Below, piece by piece: positions 62,833 through 64,000 of a stretch of 64,000 bases of DNA. The stretch is from Nitrospirota bacterium (GTDB taxonomy: Bacteria; Nitrospirota; UBA9217). Position 1 is the stretch's first letter. Every line of letters begins with the position of its first letter. Position numbers and translations under genes: made by a program. The notes beneath the pieces were generated by a model. The model was not told where the DNA came from, did not search any database, and saw only the letters and a program-made list of their open reading frames with translations. The stretch covers positions 288,001-352,000 of the forward strand of contig CAWFSF010000002.1 of NCBI GenBank assembly GCA_963818475.1. Reading direction: 5' to 3'.

Positions 62833-64000
62833 TTAGAATACGCCTTTGACCTTCCCGGTCTCCACGTCCACATCCACGCGGCGATACGCCGGGTCTGACG
62901 CCGTGCCGGGCATCAGCGTGATGGTGCCGGCCACCGGGACCACGAAACCTGCTCCTTTGAAGGTCAGGATGTCGCGGATCCGGAGCCTCCAGCCCTTGGG
63001 CACACCCTTGAGGTTCGGGTTGTCCGTGAGCGACAGATGGGTCTTGACCATGCAGACGCCCATCTTGGCGAGCTCGGGATCGGCTTCCAGCTTCTTGGCC
63101 TTGGCCTCTGCCTCGGGCGTGTAGTCCACGCCGTCGGCGCCGTACACTTCCTTGGCGATCAGCTCGATGCGCTGTCGGAGCGGCGTCGCAGAGCTCGTAG
63201 AGGAACTTGAAGTCGTTCTTCTCGTTGCAGGCGTCGATGACCGCATCGGCGAATTCCAGGGCGCCGTCGCCGCCCTTTTCCCAGTGGCGGGACAGGGCCA
63301 CGCGCGCGCCGGCTGCTTCGGCCAGCCTGCGCACGGCCTTGATCTCGTTGTCCGTGTCGGTGTAGAAGGCGTTGATGCAGACCACCGGGTTGATGCCCGA
63401 CTTCTTAGCGACCTTGATGTGGTGGATCAGGTTGTCGCAGCCCTTCTCGACCCAGCCCACGTTCTCGCCCTTGTACTCGTCGGCATGGGCTTGCCCGGCA
63501 CCGGGATCGGCGCGCCGCCGTGGCACTTGAGCGCGCGGATGGTGGCGACGATCACCGCGGCGTGCGGCTTGAGGCCCGACATGCGGCACTTGAGGTTCCA
63601 GAACTTCTCGAACCCGATGTCGGCGGCAAAGCCGGACTCGGTGACGACGTAGTCGCCGAGCTTGAGGCCGACGCGGTCGGCGATGATCGACGACTGGCCG
63701 ATGGCGATGTTGGCGAAGGGGCCGGCATGCACGAACACGGGCTGGCCTTCGATGGTCTGGAGCAGGTTCGGGTTCAGGGCCTCGACCATCCAGGCGGTCA
63801 TGGCGCCGGCAACGCCGAGGTCCTCGGTGGTGACCGGCGTGCCGTCCTTGCTCGTAGGCGACGACGATCCTGCCCATGCGCTCGCGCATGTCCTTGAGGT
63901 CCTTGGCGACGGCCAGGATCGCCATCACTTCCGACGACACGGCAATGGCGAAGCCGGACTTCATCATGAAGCCGTTCGACTTGCCGCCCATGCCGATGAT
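62833..64000 (-). CDS. fhs: Formate-tetrahydrofolate ligase (5' part outside window; frameshifts)
   Basis: [59 protein letters not shown]. Confidence 0.96.

Overview
GC-rich chromosomal segment from an anaerobic Gram-negative bacterium; gene content and style suggest Nitrospirota or Desulfobacterota (inference). Most of it is housekeeping: hisCBHAF, adk, type III and type I glutamine synthetases with glnB, def-fmt-DUF116-rsmB-PASTA-rpe, a Re-citrate-synthase-like enzyme, peptide ABC genes, a ParC-like topoisomerase subunit, HU, cytochrome c biogenesis genes, mnmA, modE-tupABC, rsmA, gmhA and fhs. Many essential genes carry single-base frameshifts, best explained as long-read indel errors. The standout is a 13-kb minus-strand cluster (5488-18573) of five signal-peptide proteins built from DUF11 domains that are split at the same point. 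Several proteins end in a DUF11 domain missing its last strands, and several begin with exactly those missing strands. The logic reads as tip adhesin (acceptor only), adaptor and major subunit (donor plus acceptor), a catalytically dead stand-alone acceptor (candidate chaperone) and an OmpA/beta-barrel anchor (donor only). This suggests a sortase-free Gram-negative pilus built by donor-strand exchange and possibly cross-linked by intermolecular Lys-Asn isopeptide bonds. Other signals are many intergenic inverted-repeat elements made of 7-9-mer tandem units, a shared tandem operator upstream of both glutamine synthetase loci, a toxin-antitoxin module bracketed by 38-bp structured direct repeats, and an unannotated 41-aa ORF.
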